From Octopus bimaculoides (Eukaryota): 64,000 bases of DNA. The stretch is taken from positions 100,068,959 to 100,132,958 of the forward strand of contig NC_068987.1 in assembly GCF_001194135.2 (NCBI RefSeq). Direction: 5' to 3'. Below the pieces are notes generated by a model. The model had not been told where the DNA came from. It was given only the letters and a program-made list of their open reading frames with translations, and searched no databases. Shown here in pieces: positions 1 through 12,806 of this stretch. How positions within the stretch are numbered: position 1 is the first letter of the stretch; the number at the start of each line of letters is the position of its first letter. The position numbers and the translations under genes were made by a program.

Positions 1-741
1 GCCATGTTTATGCTTTTCCTATTGAGAATACTTCATTTTTGTTTATAGATATGATTTTATAGGCGTTTATTCATTTGCTTTGATTGCTTTGCACATGTTA
101 TCTACATCTTCGTGATTTACTTCTTAAACTGTTTTTTCATTGATATGTTTTGTATGATTTTCTTATGCTTTCATTATATATCTTATCTTTTAAATCATAT
201 ATTTCCAAATCTGATACAGTTTATGCTTTCGAAATATAGCTTCCTAAGATATTTTGTTTCTTGCCGTGCTAATTAACGCTTTACCTCTCTATTTTATACG
301 TGTATTGTAGTCTATTTTGCATGTATGTATGCAACTGCGTATGTATGTATTTGTGTGACTGCAAAGTTTATATATGTAATGTTATCCCAGTCTAACCATG
401 TATATATATGATGCCATTTTTCGCATTACTTTAGAAATAATACGCAGGCCTTATATTTTGTTTTTTTTTAAATTTCAGTTAACATCATTTTCACCGGGAA
501 CTGTTTCATCTTTATGCATTAGCTCAATGTACGTATTACATGTTTAATAGTGCATAACATAGTATCGTTTTTAAATGTATCCTTTTTGATTTATAGTGAC
601 AGAGAAGAGTATATATCCAGTGACGGCATATACAGTGTGTCTTTAATTCTTTCGTTCAGATATCCTAAAGTGTGTAATACTCCATTTCCGATATATTGAA
701 AGACATACGTCAGGTCATGGATAATTATCATCTTTTATATA

Positions 742-779
<38 letters not shown>

Positions 780-859
780 GTGTTGTTCTGTGAAGTTAAT
801 ATCAACAGAAAATCTACTCCCTCTAGTGAGAGATATGTTATTTGAATTATACCTACACA

Positions 860-893
<34 letters not shown>

Positions 894-1036
894 TAAATCA
901 GTAATCATAAAACGTCAGGATTGGTACCAATTGCAAGTATATTTGAGAATTGACCTTTCATTACTTTTGACATTCCTGTGTGTGATTAGAATATTTAGTT
1001 ATTTAGATAACACTATTTGCACTGTTACACAGTTCC

Positions 1037-1702
1037 GATCTTGTTCAAAACGGGGGCACCAGTTTTCATTTATGTTTTATGTAGTGTTTTTGGTACCGAA
1101 AGACTTTCAAACTTCGTATACTTATCTATTTTGTGTTATAGAAAAAAAAAATTTGTATTCGGATTTATTTCATGTAAAAGATTGTCTTATTTCGATAATT
1201 TCAACCAATCACTGACAAGTATTCAGCTGTTTACAGTTACTCCTTTGGCACTTGAAGCGGTGTAAACCGTATTTAATCTCCATTACTTCTGACATTTTGT
1301 AGAGAGGCAACACACGACGTGTGTTCGTTTTCCCTAACCCTAACCATAATTGACTTGCTCCTTCCCTCAAAAACCGTGCCTTGTGCCTATAATAGAAAGG
1401 TTTATTAGCTACTGCCAATATGCTTCAGCCATTTTTTGACAAGGAAATAATAATTTTATCACCGCCGATAATCGTTTGTTTACGTAGTCAGCACTTAATT
1501 CTTACGGCTGAATGGACGTCAGTCATTGGTTGAAATTACAGAAATACGACAACTTTAACATGAAATAACTTGGGATGTACGTTTCTTTTTTTGTTGAGAA
1601 AACTAAGAGAAAAAGATGTTTTATATGACACATTCTACCATTGTCCCAAGTTTCAAAGTGTTTCATTAAGAAAATACTGGTGCCCCCGTTTTGAACAAGA
1701 TC
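1037..1702. mobile_element. Foldback/MITE-like element with long imperfect terminal inverted repeats
   Basis: GATCTTGTTCAAAACGGGGGCACCAGT at 1037 is the exact reverse complement of 1676-1702. Inner similarity (TTATTTCATGT..AAG..TGTC.TATTTC..TAATTTCAACCAAT.ACTGAC) links about 1165-1230 with about 1505-1570. Confidence 0.75.
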
Positions 1703-1854
1703 CCACGGTTCTTTACGATCTAACATGTACTCATTTTACTTAAACGATTCTAGGGCATATGAAGTAAAGTACCAGTTAAGCACTGTTGTAGATGAACTCA
1801 GGCCTTGTACCTCTGTTGAAGTTATTTCATATCGTGAATATTTTAGAACCAAAA

Positions 1855-1990
1855 GACGCCGAGTACATTGCTTAGCAGCATTTCCTTCGTCTTTCCGTTC
1901 TGGTATCAAATGCCACCGGGTTCATTATTTCGAGATCGATAAATTAAGTACCTCTTGAGCATTGGGGTCGATGATTTTAATCGATTTACC
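1855..1990 (+). mobile_element. Decayed tRNA-derived SINE fragment (GATAAATTAAGTACC...GGGGTCGAT family)
   Basis: Contains GATCGATAAATTAAGTACC...TTGGGGTCGAT...AATCGATT, matching the copies at 16126-16330 and 39635-39766. Confidence 0.6.
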
Positions 1991-3691
1991 CAATACATCG
2001 AAATTCCTGTCTTTGTGCTAACATTTGAAACCAATATTTCAGAGCTAAAAGATAAACAACCTGTTTCTCAGATCTTCAAAAATACACTTCGGCATTGCGA
2101 TTTACAAAAACAGCCACAATCGAACTCGCCAAGAAACCATCAAAGAAAATTGTGTCGTCGGTTTGAAATTCAATTTTCATCAACACAATTATTTTGAAAA
2201 ATAAATCAACCATACAAAACCTGTTAACAGTTTAACTTGCGAAGAGCGACCTCGCTTGCCGCCCATGTGCTAATCCCACATCTAACGACATCCCTTTCAA
2301 CCATAGTAATGCAGTTCTCGAAGGACAAACATTATCACGCTAAACTGCATAAAAAAAGAGTATATGGTAGAACTACTAAGCATTTTAAGAGATAATATCT
2401 ATTCGTTCAATTAATATAGAATGGATATCTATAAAATAAACCAGTATTTCAGCTAGAATAATTACCCACCATCCAGTAATCCTCAATTACTTTTGCTGTT
2501 ACGATCTTCGACTGCACGCGTAAGTTTCCAGCCGTTACTACTCAATCTTTAAAATCGTACACACACGTGATCTACTTACTTATACATAAACCTTCATTGA
2601 ATGTAAATAAATTCTGCGTCATTGATATAAGAAGCTATCAGTCGAACACCTTTGAAACACCATGCTGTCTTGAACAATATCCATCTACAAAAAAATATTT
2701 GTTGAATTTCAACGAAATTATAACTCTAAAGATAATTTAACGGTCACAACACAGGAAAAAAAATTGAAATTAGACATACTTATATAGAAAATCACGACAG
2801 TGTTTAAAAGATGATAGCGTTGTAAAAACATTTTCTCCATAACTTTTTTAATCAATTTTTTTAATAAATTACCTTGAACCACCACTCTCACTAAAGCGCC
2901 ACAAAGACGCGTTTGGAAAGGATATCCTCTTCACCACACCTGTTCTTGCTGTGCTAGTTACTGGCGGCTTTGCAATCTGCATAGTTTCTTGTTATTTTTG
3001 TTTTTCGGAATACAAAACCTTTGCATTATGGCTAAAACACTTACTTTGAATTTGGTGTTTTTGAACAGATATGGAGTCAAGTTTATCTCTTTATTTGCCC
3101 TTAAATATATGCACAATTGAGATGACTTCGATCGCAATGTATTACGTATATTTTATGTACGTTTTTTATTTCTGTTACGGATACGTAGGGGACATTTTCT
3201 TCCGAGGAGGAGAGGCCTCTTAAAGTCAGAAATCTCTCTCTCTCTCTCTGCTTCTCTCACTCTCTCTGCTTCTCTCACTCTCTGCCTCTGTGTCTTTCTC
3301 TCTCTCTCTCGCTCACCACCTATCTATCTATCTTCCTCTCTTCCCCACTGTTCCATTTCCTACTGAAACTGACAAGACCTCACGTGAAAACAAGTTGTAA
3401 ACGAGATCTGTCTATGTACCTGTATACTAGAGGTCAATACTTCCAGCGAAAATCAAGGTATCCTAGGAAGAAGATGAACTACTACGTATACAAACCAAAT
3501 CTAGCAAAATATTCCACAGAACTGCAGACTGCAATCAGTTTTAAATGACGCTAAAGAATAAAAGAAATTTAGTACCATTTGCTATTCACAGCCTTGAAAA
3601 TATATTCGCAAAAAATTGGAATTCGTGAATGTGAACAAAGCACATGAATTATAAAACACTACGTAATTGATAGAGTAACTACTACGGTGTA

Positions 3692-3840
3692 CAGTTGTGG
3701 CGAAAAGTATGAAACATGTTTTAAAAATTAAAATTATTATACCCAAATAAAATTCGAATCAAATATATACAATATATTTGGGCATTTAGTTTTAAAATTA
3801 TAATTTTCAGACCTATGTTCTAAATTTTTCGCCACCACCG
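3692..3840. mobile_element. Tc1/mariner-type MITE with TA target-site duplication
   Basis: TA-CAGTTGTGGCGAAAA at the left and TTTTCGCCACCACCG-TA at the right. Imperfect TIRs begin CAGT/CGGT and are flanked by TA. Confidence 0.7.
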
Positions 3841-5716
3841 TATGAAGTTACCCGCAGGTATGGACAAGACAACTATACGGTATGAGGTCTTCCTAGAGTG
3901 TTGTTTGTGAGTCGGCCTTCACAGCAAACCTGTTTGTATGTTACTCCACTATCCCATCAGGTATGTAGACAAGTATTTACAGAACTAATTAGCATTCTGC
4001 GTATTATTGCTAGATATAGTCAAACTTACATCGGTAGCAGCATTCACATAATGATCTTTGAACAAAGGGCTCATTATACAAATGCTCCAAACCTTAAGAA
4101 AGGGGATATGGCTGAATATGGATATCATACTTACTAAAATCAGAAACTCAAAGAGTAAAGTAGTATCCTGATAGCAACAGTTATAATTGAGCTTTACTGG
4201 TTTCAGACACTAATTTTAGGATCTAGGAGCTCTGGATTGTGCAGACAACTACACTCCACATTATATAACATTTACTTCGTAACGTTAGCGTTCAAAAATA
4301 AATGCTTAGTTATTTGAATCTGTGCAGACAAAAATGTCCCCCGTTACTTTTACTATATTTTGCAATAGGAGCGGGCGTTTATATAACTCAGCGTCTTCCA
4401 CAATACATGGAGTTAAATATATACATATATTCTTCTTTAGGTTTTCTATTGTGACTGTATTTGTGAAAACATTTATTTTGCTTTTTTTTTATTATTAGTT
4501 CAATGGTATTCACTCAGTACATGCTGGAGGACGTATATTGAAGACCTCTACTGAACAAGAGTGGCTTTGCGTCTGTATATGTATGGGCAGATGAGAGCAA
4601 GCTTTTTTGAGAAATTCTTGAATTTGCACAAGCATGTAATTCCCCTTTCGCCACGTCACCGATGTTTATCCCGAAGAGGTGTTGTTGAATAGGGCCTATA
4701 CAGTCTACGCACTAGGCTCATCAGAAATGGTTATGCAGGAACACAAAATACCGGGTTAAATATCTGAAAGACATAACTCCGCCTATGATTGGTGCATATT
4801 TTATGAATCTCGATGGGCTGGAATCCAAATTTTACTTCTGATATTTTGCTATGTGTTATTGTTAGTAGCTGTAATATCTTCTTTGTTTTTGTTTTTGACA
4901 ACTCTCTAGTTGTTTTTCAACTGATAACGAATTTGCATAGGGTTGCTCGTAGTCGGGATATGTAGTTTCCAATGAAAGTTTAAACTCAAAGCTCAAATTG
5001 TCTGAAGAGCCAGTGTGAAGCATTCTGATCTTTCTTCAAAAGATTCTCTCAAAATGTCAAATTGTGTTTTGTTGCCTTATATTTATCATCTATGGGTTTA
5101 CAAATACATGAAAAGTGTATTGCTATAAGAAAAATATACACCATATAAAATATACATGAACATTCTCAATTTAATCAAAGATATTAATCTTCAAGGAAGC
5201 CGCTGCATATTCACAAACATATTGATGTAAAACACAAATAACTACCATTACAACAAATAGTCAAGTTTAAGATATAATTTCAGAGAAAATTCTAATATTA
5301 TTAGATTGCTAATTTTTACATGTCTAACATCTATATATATAGAAGTTCGGTTAATAGTTTTTTAAAGAAATTGGTTGCATAAAAATATTAGATTCACACC
5401 TATAAGGCATTCTCAGAATTTGCGGCTCTTTGTTTCCTCGAGCAAGCCCCTATAATTCATGTTTATTTTTCCTGTCTGCAAAGCTGATAATAATTAATAT
5501 GAAGACTTAGAGTAAAGTCAGATATTGTTAAGTTACCGAATCAATAGTACGACCAAAATGTTTTAGTCATGGAAACGAATAATTCCAGTAGAGGACATTT
5601 ATATTATATTTTGATACCGTGTTTTAAACTGACTTGTAGCTTTTAGGGTATGATAATACAGTTAGTGAGTTTAATTTAATGGGAGCCTCCTCTCCTACAA
5701 CATTGTCGCATTGAGC

Positions 5717-6113
5717 AGGCGTGGTGGTGGGTTATTAAGTTTGGTCCTCGACCACATGATTCCAAGTTCAGTCCTACTACGTGATACATGAGGCAAATAT
5801 CTTCTACAATAACCCCAGGCAAACAAAATCCTTGTGTGACCTGATTTCATAGACATAGTCTTAAAGAATCTTGTCGTAGGTGTGTGTGTGTTTGCGCGCG
5901 CTTGTGTGTGTGCGTTTGTGTGTGTAGGGACTATTTGACAACTGGTGCTGGATTGTTCACGTACCTAAAAATTACTGTTTCGGCAAACGATATCGATAGA
6001 ATAAGTAGCAGGTTTCAGAAAAGCAGAACAGAGAATTAGCGTCAATTTGTTTGATTAAAACATTGAATGTACTGCAGTAAGGTCGAGGTCCAATGAATAA
6101 AACCAGTAAAAGA
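5717..6113 (+). mobile_element. Diverged tRNA-derived SINE (family 1, internal (TG)n)
   Basis: Head AGGCGTGGTGGTGGG...ACCACATGATTCCAAGTTCAGTCC, internal TG tract, ATCGATAGAATAAGTA and tail ...CCAGTAAAAGA. Colinear with the 44333-44749 copy. Confidence 0.7.
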
Positions 6114-7034
6114 TTTTTAAAAAATAGTTAGTATTCCATAAAATAAATAACATAAACAAGAACTGCTTATCATGTTTATATATTTTATTTAGGACAATAT
6201 ACAGTCATTTTATTTAACATATATGGCGTTCGTTACACCAGGGAGTGTCAAGAATCAATCTTCCAGCACAGCAATGAACAGAATGACTGTTTGATATACA
6301 AACTGAGAATTAAGAAACAGATAAAGAGACAGTGAGTGAGTCAGAGTGAGAGAAGAAAAGAGAAAAATAAAGAGCGAGAGAAATAGAAAGGAGAAAATGA
6401 AGTAAAAATATAGGGAGGTCATCATTTAACCGCCTGTCAGGTATCGTTAAGGGAATCCATTAGTATTTTTCGATTTGACTTCAGTAATAATCTGAACATA
6501 TATGCATGTACATCCACATATATATATATATATATGNNNNNNNNNNNNNNNNNNNNNNNNNNNNNNNNNNNNNNNNNNNNNNNNNNNNNNNNNNNNNNNN
6601 NNNNNNNNNNNNNNNNNNNNNNNNNNNNNNNNNNNNNNNNNNNNNNNNNNNNNNNNNNNNNNNNNNNNNNNNNNNNNNNNNNNNNNNNNNNNNNNNNNNN
6701 NNNNNNNNNNNNNNNNNNNNNNNNNNNNNNNNNNNNNNNNNNNNNNNNNNNNNNNNNNNNNNNNNNNNNNNNNNNNNNNNNNNNNNNNNNNNNNNNNNNN
6801 NNNNNNNNNNNNNNNNNNNNNNNNNNNNNNNNNNNNNNNNNNNNNNNNNNNNNNNNNNNNNNNNNNNNNNNNNNNNNNNNNNNNNNNNNNNNNNNNNNNN
6901 NNNNNNNNNNNNNNNNNNNNNNNNNNNNNNNNNNNNNNNNNNNNNNNNNATATATATATATATATACATACGCACACACAGATGTGAGTGTGCATACGTA
7001 TACATATTCTACATTTGTCAGTGTATGAATATAC

Positions 7035-7220
7035 GCTCATGGCCTAGTGCATTCACAATCGCTACAGCGTGGGTTACACTCTCAGGTCGGGCGGTGCTTT
7101 TTTTTATTTACCAAAACACTTCATTTCACGTTGTTTTGTGGCTGGGAAAATGCTTTAACGTATGTATTCCGTCTCTTCAATTTCCGAGTTCGAATCCCAC
7201 CTGCCTGAAGAAGTCAAGGA
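7035..7220 (+). mobile_element. Decayed composite SINE fragments
   Basis: GCTCATGGCCTAGTG head, CAAAACACTTCATTTCACGTTG, and GAGTTCGAATCCCACC (B-box-like). Confidence 0.4.
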
Positions 7221-7388
7221 AACAACTACAGTATTATATCCCAAGACTAGGCAAGGTAGCCGAAATTCTAGTAATTTGTTTAATGGAGGCAGTGGATGGT
7301 ATGGCCACCTCCAAGATCGTATAGGGAGTGCTGAAATAGGTTCACATGCACAGGATCTACGATAGATCAGACCACCGCTAGAAAAGAC

Positions 7389-7640
7389 TAGTATGTATGT
7401 ATATGTGTCCGTGTGTTTGTATATGTGTGGTTGTGTATGTATATGTGTGGGTGTGTATGTATATGTGTCCGTGTGTATGTATATCTGTGGTTGTGTATGT
7501 ATATGTGTCCGTGTGTATGTATATGTGTGGGTGTGTATGTATATGTGTGAGTGTGTATGTATATGTGTGGGTGTGTATGTATATGTGTGGGTGTGTATGT
7601 ATATGTGTGGGTGTGTATGTATATATGTTTGTGTGTATGC
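7389..7640. repeat. 20-bp minisatellite (GTGTGTATGTATATGTGTGG variants, about 12 units)
   Basis: Visible 20-nt periodicity with variant ends (GG/CC/GA). Confidence 0.9.
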
Positions 7641-8689
7641 GGGTACGTGTGTCTATACAAACTCACATATAGGTATTTGGATATAGGTATTTCATAAATG
7701 TTTAGTTTTGGTTTACTCTCTGACTTTCTTTGCACTATATTTGGAAGAAAGGTTGTCCAAATACATCATCAACATTTTTCTAAATTTTCAGTCTCCAACA
7801 ACAGACAATGAAATCTACGTTTACAGATTTTCAGAGTGAGTAATAGCGTAATTCATTAACAAAGGCATTGAATTGTACAGTCATTAAACAACACATAAAA
7901 TATAGTAATCAAATTGCGTACTGTGTGTATACTTGATTTCCACACTGACATTGCGAAAGGCGTAAAATAGAAAACAAAAGGAAACGCAGAAAACGTTAAA
8001 CTACATGATATGTTACTCACTCACTAACGTTAAGAGAATAACATTCTTGCTAACATCAGCTCGCAAACATGGAAGTTTCAATTATCATCACACTAAATGT
8101 TATGCACAAAGGTGTGAAATATATAAACATATATTCCATTGACGACATATGTATATCTAACGGTTAAATTTTAAATTATGTTCGTAATTTCTATTTATAT
8201 AAAACACACTGCATTTCATAAAGAGGCAAATAGACAAAAATTCACTGCCGTGAGAAAATATAGCTGAATCAATTTAGAAATATTGATGATGAGTTTAGAC
8301 AATCTACTAATCCAAAACAAACTGAAAAGCAAGGAAATGTGGAAATAAGTTTCATAATATATATATACCTATATGTGTAATGTATCTATGTTTACGTGTA
8401 AACATCACATATGTATGCAACTCTGTTTACGAATGCATGTATTCATCTGTGGAAAACAAATAGAATATTGGTAAGGAAGGTGGGTGGTAAAAATATAGTT
8501 ATGCTATAATGTTTACTAGTTTGTAATACTAATCTGATTAATATTCATCACGAAGCTATATGTCAAGTGTTTATTGTTATTTCCTAATATTATTCGAAGT
8601 AAATGATACAGTTTATCTGTAATAAATATGATTGCTAACTTACATGTACATACAAAATTGCATACATACATACATATATACACACACGT

Positions 8690-8696
8690 AGATAGT

Positions 8697-8732
<36 letters not shown>

Positions 8733-8766
8733 CAGGCAGACAGACAGACAGACAGACAGACAGACA
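8690..8766. repeat. (GATA)n(GACA)n compound microsatellite
   Basis: Direct reading. Confidence 0.95.
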
Positions 8767-9060
8767 CGGTGTGCATTGTTTTGTGAATGCGTGTGTTTAA
8801 TATTTTAATATTGTTAGACGTTTTATAAGTCGGCTGTAATTATCAAATAATATATGCATAGATATTGCATAAATTATGTATGTAACCTGTTTCCTCATAA
8901 TTTACATTCAGTTGCAGTACAAGATCGAAATTCTTATCCCTGTAATAATTTATTTACATATACTTATGTGTCTGCGTCTAATTATTTGCTAATGTGTCTG
9001 CCAGTATGCGGTTATGAATAAAATGCACACACACACACACACACACACAGACACAAACAC

Positions 9061-9100
<40 letters not shown>

Positions 9101-9289
9101 ATTTGTGTGCATGCTTGCAAATATATATAGATATACTCGCATATATAATCTTCGTGTATTTGCATATGTTCTTCCTTTTCTTGATTATTTATGAATTTAT
9201 GTATATCGTGTTTCTGCGAAACCTATATCGGTATTGAATACGCCAGGAATAAACAAGTAGTTTGGTTACCAAACACGCCTTGTTTTGGT

Positions 9290-9295
9290 TTTATT
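9290..9295 (-). terminator. Candidate polyadenylation signal AATAAA for HS3ST
   Basis: AATAAA on the minus strand about 170 nt after the stop codon. The AT-rich background makes chance occurrence likely. Confidence 0.25.
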
Positions 9296-9464
9296 TACTC
9301 CCGATGATTAAACAACAGTTTTTTCATAGAAAAAAAATTACAAACATATTCGAATCTAAAATGGCAATAAACATGAAGTATTGTTTTCCTTTCTCTCCTT
9401 TATGACATGGTAAATACACAAACACAGACAATATCATAGTACAGAAATATCGCTTTACATAAAA

Positions 9465-10086
9465 TCATGGCCAATGAAAATTCCTATTAACCATTTGGTA
9501 GAATTTTGTATTAAACGGCCTATAAAAATCTCTCAGTCGCTTTAATATTGTCGGATCTACAGTTGGATGAGGCCTTCCTTTCGTTTTACCCAAACAATGT
9601 GGGTGACCGCTTCCCTCAGCCTTTTTCACACAAGGGAAACCTTTTGTCTCGTTAAAGTAAAAATGTTTCTCAGAAATGATCCTTTTTAATCCAAGAAAAT
9701 CTTGCACTAAGCTAAGTTCTTGCGCAGGATCAGATATCAATTGTTCACCACTTACAAAATGCATCTGAGATAGAGGAAAGTAATGAAGCCATCGCTCCAA
9801 GAATTTTGCGTAGACCCCGATCCGAATTATATTTCGACTTGTGTCGACAATTCTAGTTGAGGTATTAAGGAATGCTAGTTCTTCGAAGCGTTTCATCTGA
9901 TTCATACGTTTTGAAGCAAGTTGCGTGTAATCAGAAATGGCTCTTGTGACTGGATCGCGAACGATTACAAGAATTTTCATCTCTTTGGACATGTTGAAGA
10001 TCCTTTTTGGAACCTCTTTTGTTATAAAATAACTCGGTGTCTTTTCAATTGTCATCTGCCCATCTATAGTTGCCGGCATTTTCTTC
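9465..10086 (-). CDS. Hs3st-B: Heparan sulfate glucosamine 3-O-sulfotransferase, terminal coding exon (catalytic domain C-terminal part); Hs3st-B / vertebrate HS3ST2/3A1/3B1/4/6 group
   Basis: Translation (R)[20 protein letters not shown]...[14 protein letters not shown]...[47 protein letters not shown]...[23 protein letters not shown] aligns by eye with human HS3ST3 exon 2 (DLMPRTLDGQITMEKTPSYF...[23 protein letters not shown]). A pyrimidine-rich acceptor tttcttttctttcttttgtttcAG ends at 10087, phase 2, matching the WYR|DLMP intron position. Stop TGA at 9467-9465. Confidence 0.96.
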
Positions 10087-10112
10087 CTGAAACAAAAGAA
10101 AGAAAAGAAACA
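10087..10112 (-). promoter_or_regulatory. 3' splice site (polypyrimidine tract + CAG) of the HS3ST intron
   Basis: Minus strand reads TTTCTTTTCTTTCTTTTGTTTCAG|GAAGAAAATG, directly ahead of the sulfotransferase frame. Confidence 0.9.
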
Positions 10113-10404
10113 TAATTAATCATTCATTATGACTGAATGTATTAATAATTTATATAAGAAAATAGTATCAATTTCCTCGATTGCTAATAATTATGATTGA
10201 TCATATACAAGATCTATCCTATACTTTTTCACATCTACTTGAAAGTTACTTTGAAGTTATTTTTAAGTTTTTCTTAACCTTTGTACACTCATGAAAGAAA
10301 AACAATCTTCAATGAAGATCTAAAACTGTTGTATATTTATGGGATGTGGAATTATGTACATTATTTACATTTGACGGATATTTGTCCTGATCTTGTTTGT
10401 TGTT

Positions 10405-10449
10405 AACACAACGTTTCGGCTGATATACCCTCCAGCCTTTATCAGTGTC
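10405..10449 (-). ncRNA. Minimal type I hammerhead ribozyme motif (core mutated)
   Basis: Minus strand GACA-CTGATAA-AGGCTG-GAGGGTATAT-CAGCC-GAAAC-GTT-GTGTT. Perfect stem II, but G8 is changed to A and one C is missing at the stem I/core junction. Confidence 0.55.
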
Positions 10450-10509
10450 TTGGGAAAATTTCGAACCTGGGTTCTCATTCCTAAGGTATTTTTTCGATGT
10501 CGTTGTTAT

Positions 10510-10634
<125 letters not shown>

Positions 10635-10691
10635 TAACAATAACATCGAAAATACATTGGGAGTGAAAACCCAGGTTCGATATTTCTCCAA

Positions 10692-10737
10692 GACACCTGA
10701 TGAAGCCTGGCGAGTATATCAGCAGAAACGTTGTGTT
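10692..10737 (+). ncRNA. Minimal type I hammerhead ribozyme motif (stem II degraded)
   Basis: GACAC-CTGATGA-AGCCTG...CAGCA-GAAAC-GTT-GTGTT: stem I GACAC/GTGTT, intact CUGAUGA and GAAA, palindromic ACGT stem III, GUU cleavage triplet. Confidence 0.65.
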
Positions 10738-11337
10738 AACAACAAACAAGATAAGGACAAATATCCGTTAAATGTAAATAATGTAAATCATGTAAGCTAA
10801 AACTGTTCCGCATCAATAATATCTTCAGGAGCTGGCCAAAAGATGCTTGATTCCAAACATACATTTCCCATTAATGTTGTCACACGTTTTTCATAAGACC
10901 GTTCCCCATTTGACTTAGCTCACTCCAGTGCCTATACTACATAACTGTGGTGTATTTCTAATACTGCAAGATAGATGCTAACTCTTTTACATACTCGTAA
11001 AATCTTATAGAGATGTGCAATACATTAATAGAATATACGCAACCTCCGTTAATCCGCTATTTTAGCTAAAGTATAAATGAAATTATTCTGAAATGGTACA
11101 TTAGAAAGAAACAAACAATATTACTATACATATTAGATTCTATCCCGAATATTCAGGCAAATGAGAGGTAGAAACATTCGAAAGTCTATTGAATAAGAGA
11201 AGTTTCAAATATATTTATCGCTATCAGTCCTCAAATCTTACTGTACAAGACAAAATTCGCCGTCAGAGATCCTTTCACAAAATTTTATAGTGTTTAGAGC
11301 AGACAAATATTGCTAGAAGAAAATAATCCCCTGACCT

Positions 11338-11399
11338 GATCACCGGAACTATCAAATCGAGTGAGTTCGATCACCGGAACTATCAAATCGAGTGAGTTC
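11338..11399. repeat. Perfect 31-bp tandem duplication
   Basis: GATCACCGGAACTATCAAATCGAGTGAGTTC occurs twice head-to-tail. Confidence 0.95.
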
Positions 11400-12726
11400 A
11401 TTCAACATGCACTTCTTGAATGACAGGTGTGCGCTCCCCGCATGCCAAACAAACCATCAAGTCACTTGCGTCGCAAATGAACAAAAAGGCTCTTTAATAA
11501 ACATAAATATTAACGATAGAAGCAGTATTACTACCGAATGGCAATCTGTATAATATGCTTAACGCAGATGTATTATTAGAACATATTATAGTGAGGTGTT
11601 CGCTGACGATACTACTTCCGTAGCTAATACTTATGTGCCAATGCTTTAAAGGCAACTAACCAACCAGGAGTAGTATATTCGCTTCAAAGTTCAAACAATC
11701 CGGTGTATATGAACTCCATAGCGAAAGTGTTATATGTTGAATAAACTTCGTTTTAATGTCGACGTGATCAAAACTACATTAATGAAATGCTAAAGATACA
11801 CCTAAAAAGTTTATCCGTGGGATGTATGTAAATAAACAAATTCCACTTTAATTATCCTGGCTAGAACAATGACGATGAAAGTAGGGGAAGGCATTTCTCA
11901 CGTTTGTTGTTATTTGATTTTTTTTTCATTCATAATGTTGAAAACATAACAATACTTAATATTCAAGCATCAAAGAAATTAGGTAGAACATGCACAAACG
12001 TGTTCAAGTTATAAAAGCAAATACTCTTTGGGAATGTTCTCAATATACTTAAAAACACTGGTATAGTTACTTTGTGCTACGCGCCTATGAATATCCTTCA
12101 CGTTAATTTATAGATGTTTTACAAACATGACTTTGTTTCAATCCCATTATGATAATTACGCATTATATGATGACTACGCCCTTTATCTGCTATATTGCTT
12201 TTAATTCCACATCTAATTGAGTGTGATATTTATGATTTTCAGTTCGTTTTCTTATAACGGTATGAATATTTAGTACTGTTACGTTGGTAATTAATAATCT
12301 ATAGTTATTCATAAAAAGAGGTAAATTTTATAAAGAATATATAGGTTCCTCTTTATAACCTTCTTCTGTTTCATATTATGTCGCTGGTGCATGATAATTT
12401 AGTTAGCAAGTATTTTATCCTGAGGTTTGTTGACATGTCTCATCAAATCTAACGAATCTTTCTAACGATTCTCTCAGAATATAGACTGGTACTTTGCTGC
12501 ATTCAGACAATGCGAGTTTCAGTTCCAATTTCGTCCTATCTATCAGGTTGAATATTTCGTGTTGTACCAAGTCCGCCAATTACTACAGGAATACTTGTTT
12601 TGGTTTTCTAAATTATCCTCAGCTCTCTGGCTAGGTCCTGATGATACTCATTTGATTTTTTTTCAATTTCTTTAGTATTAACTCTGCCAGCGTAGAGAAT
12701 TGCATTATTTGTTTATTTTGTCCACT

Positions 12727-12730
<4 letters not shown>

Positions 12731-12806
<76 letters not shown>
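12731..12806. repeat. (TAA)n microsatellite
   Basis: Direct reading; abuts the 5'-truncation point of the retroelement at 12807. Confidence 0.95.

Noticed and set aside
1332-1345. CCCTAACCCTAACC telomere-like motif
   Set aside because: Only about two units inside a repeat element; not an interstitial telomeric array.
4690-4725. Minus-strand CTGATGA followed by a GCCTA/TAGGC stem
   Set aside because: No GAAA follows stem II (it reads CCTATT), so it is not a hammerhead; at most a relic.
6437-7324. Long ORFs spanning N runs, here and at 22925-23862, 29244-30404, 32579-33409, 37514-38386 and 48317-48965
   Set aside because: They stay open only because of assembly gaps (N at 6537-6949, 23022-23589, 29340-30256, 32770-33270, 37636-38117, 48490-48874), most flanked by (TA)n.
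7389-7640. Regular 20-bp array considered as CRISPR-like
   Set aside because: No unique spacers, eukaryotic context, units derived from TG/TA microsatellite.
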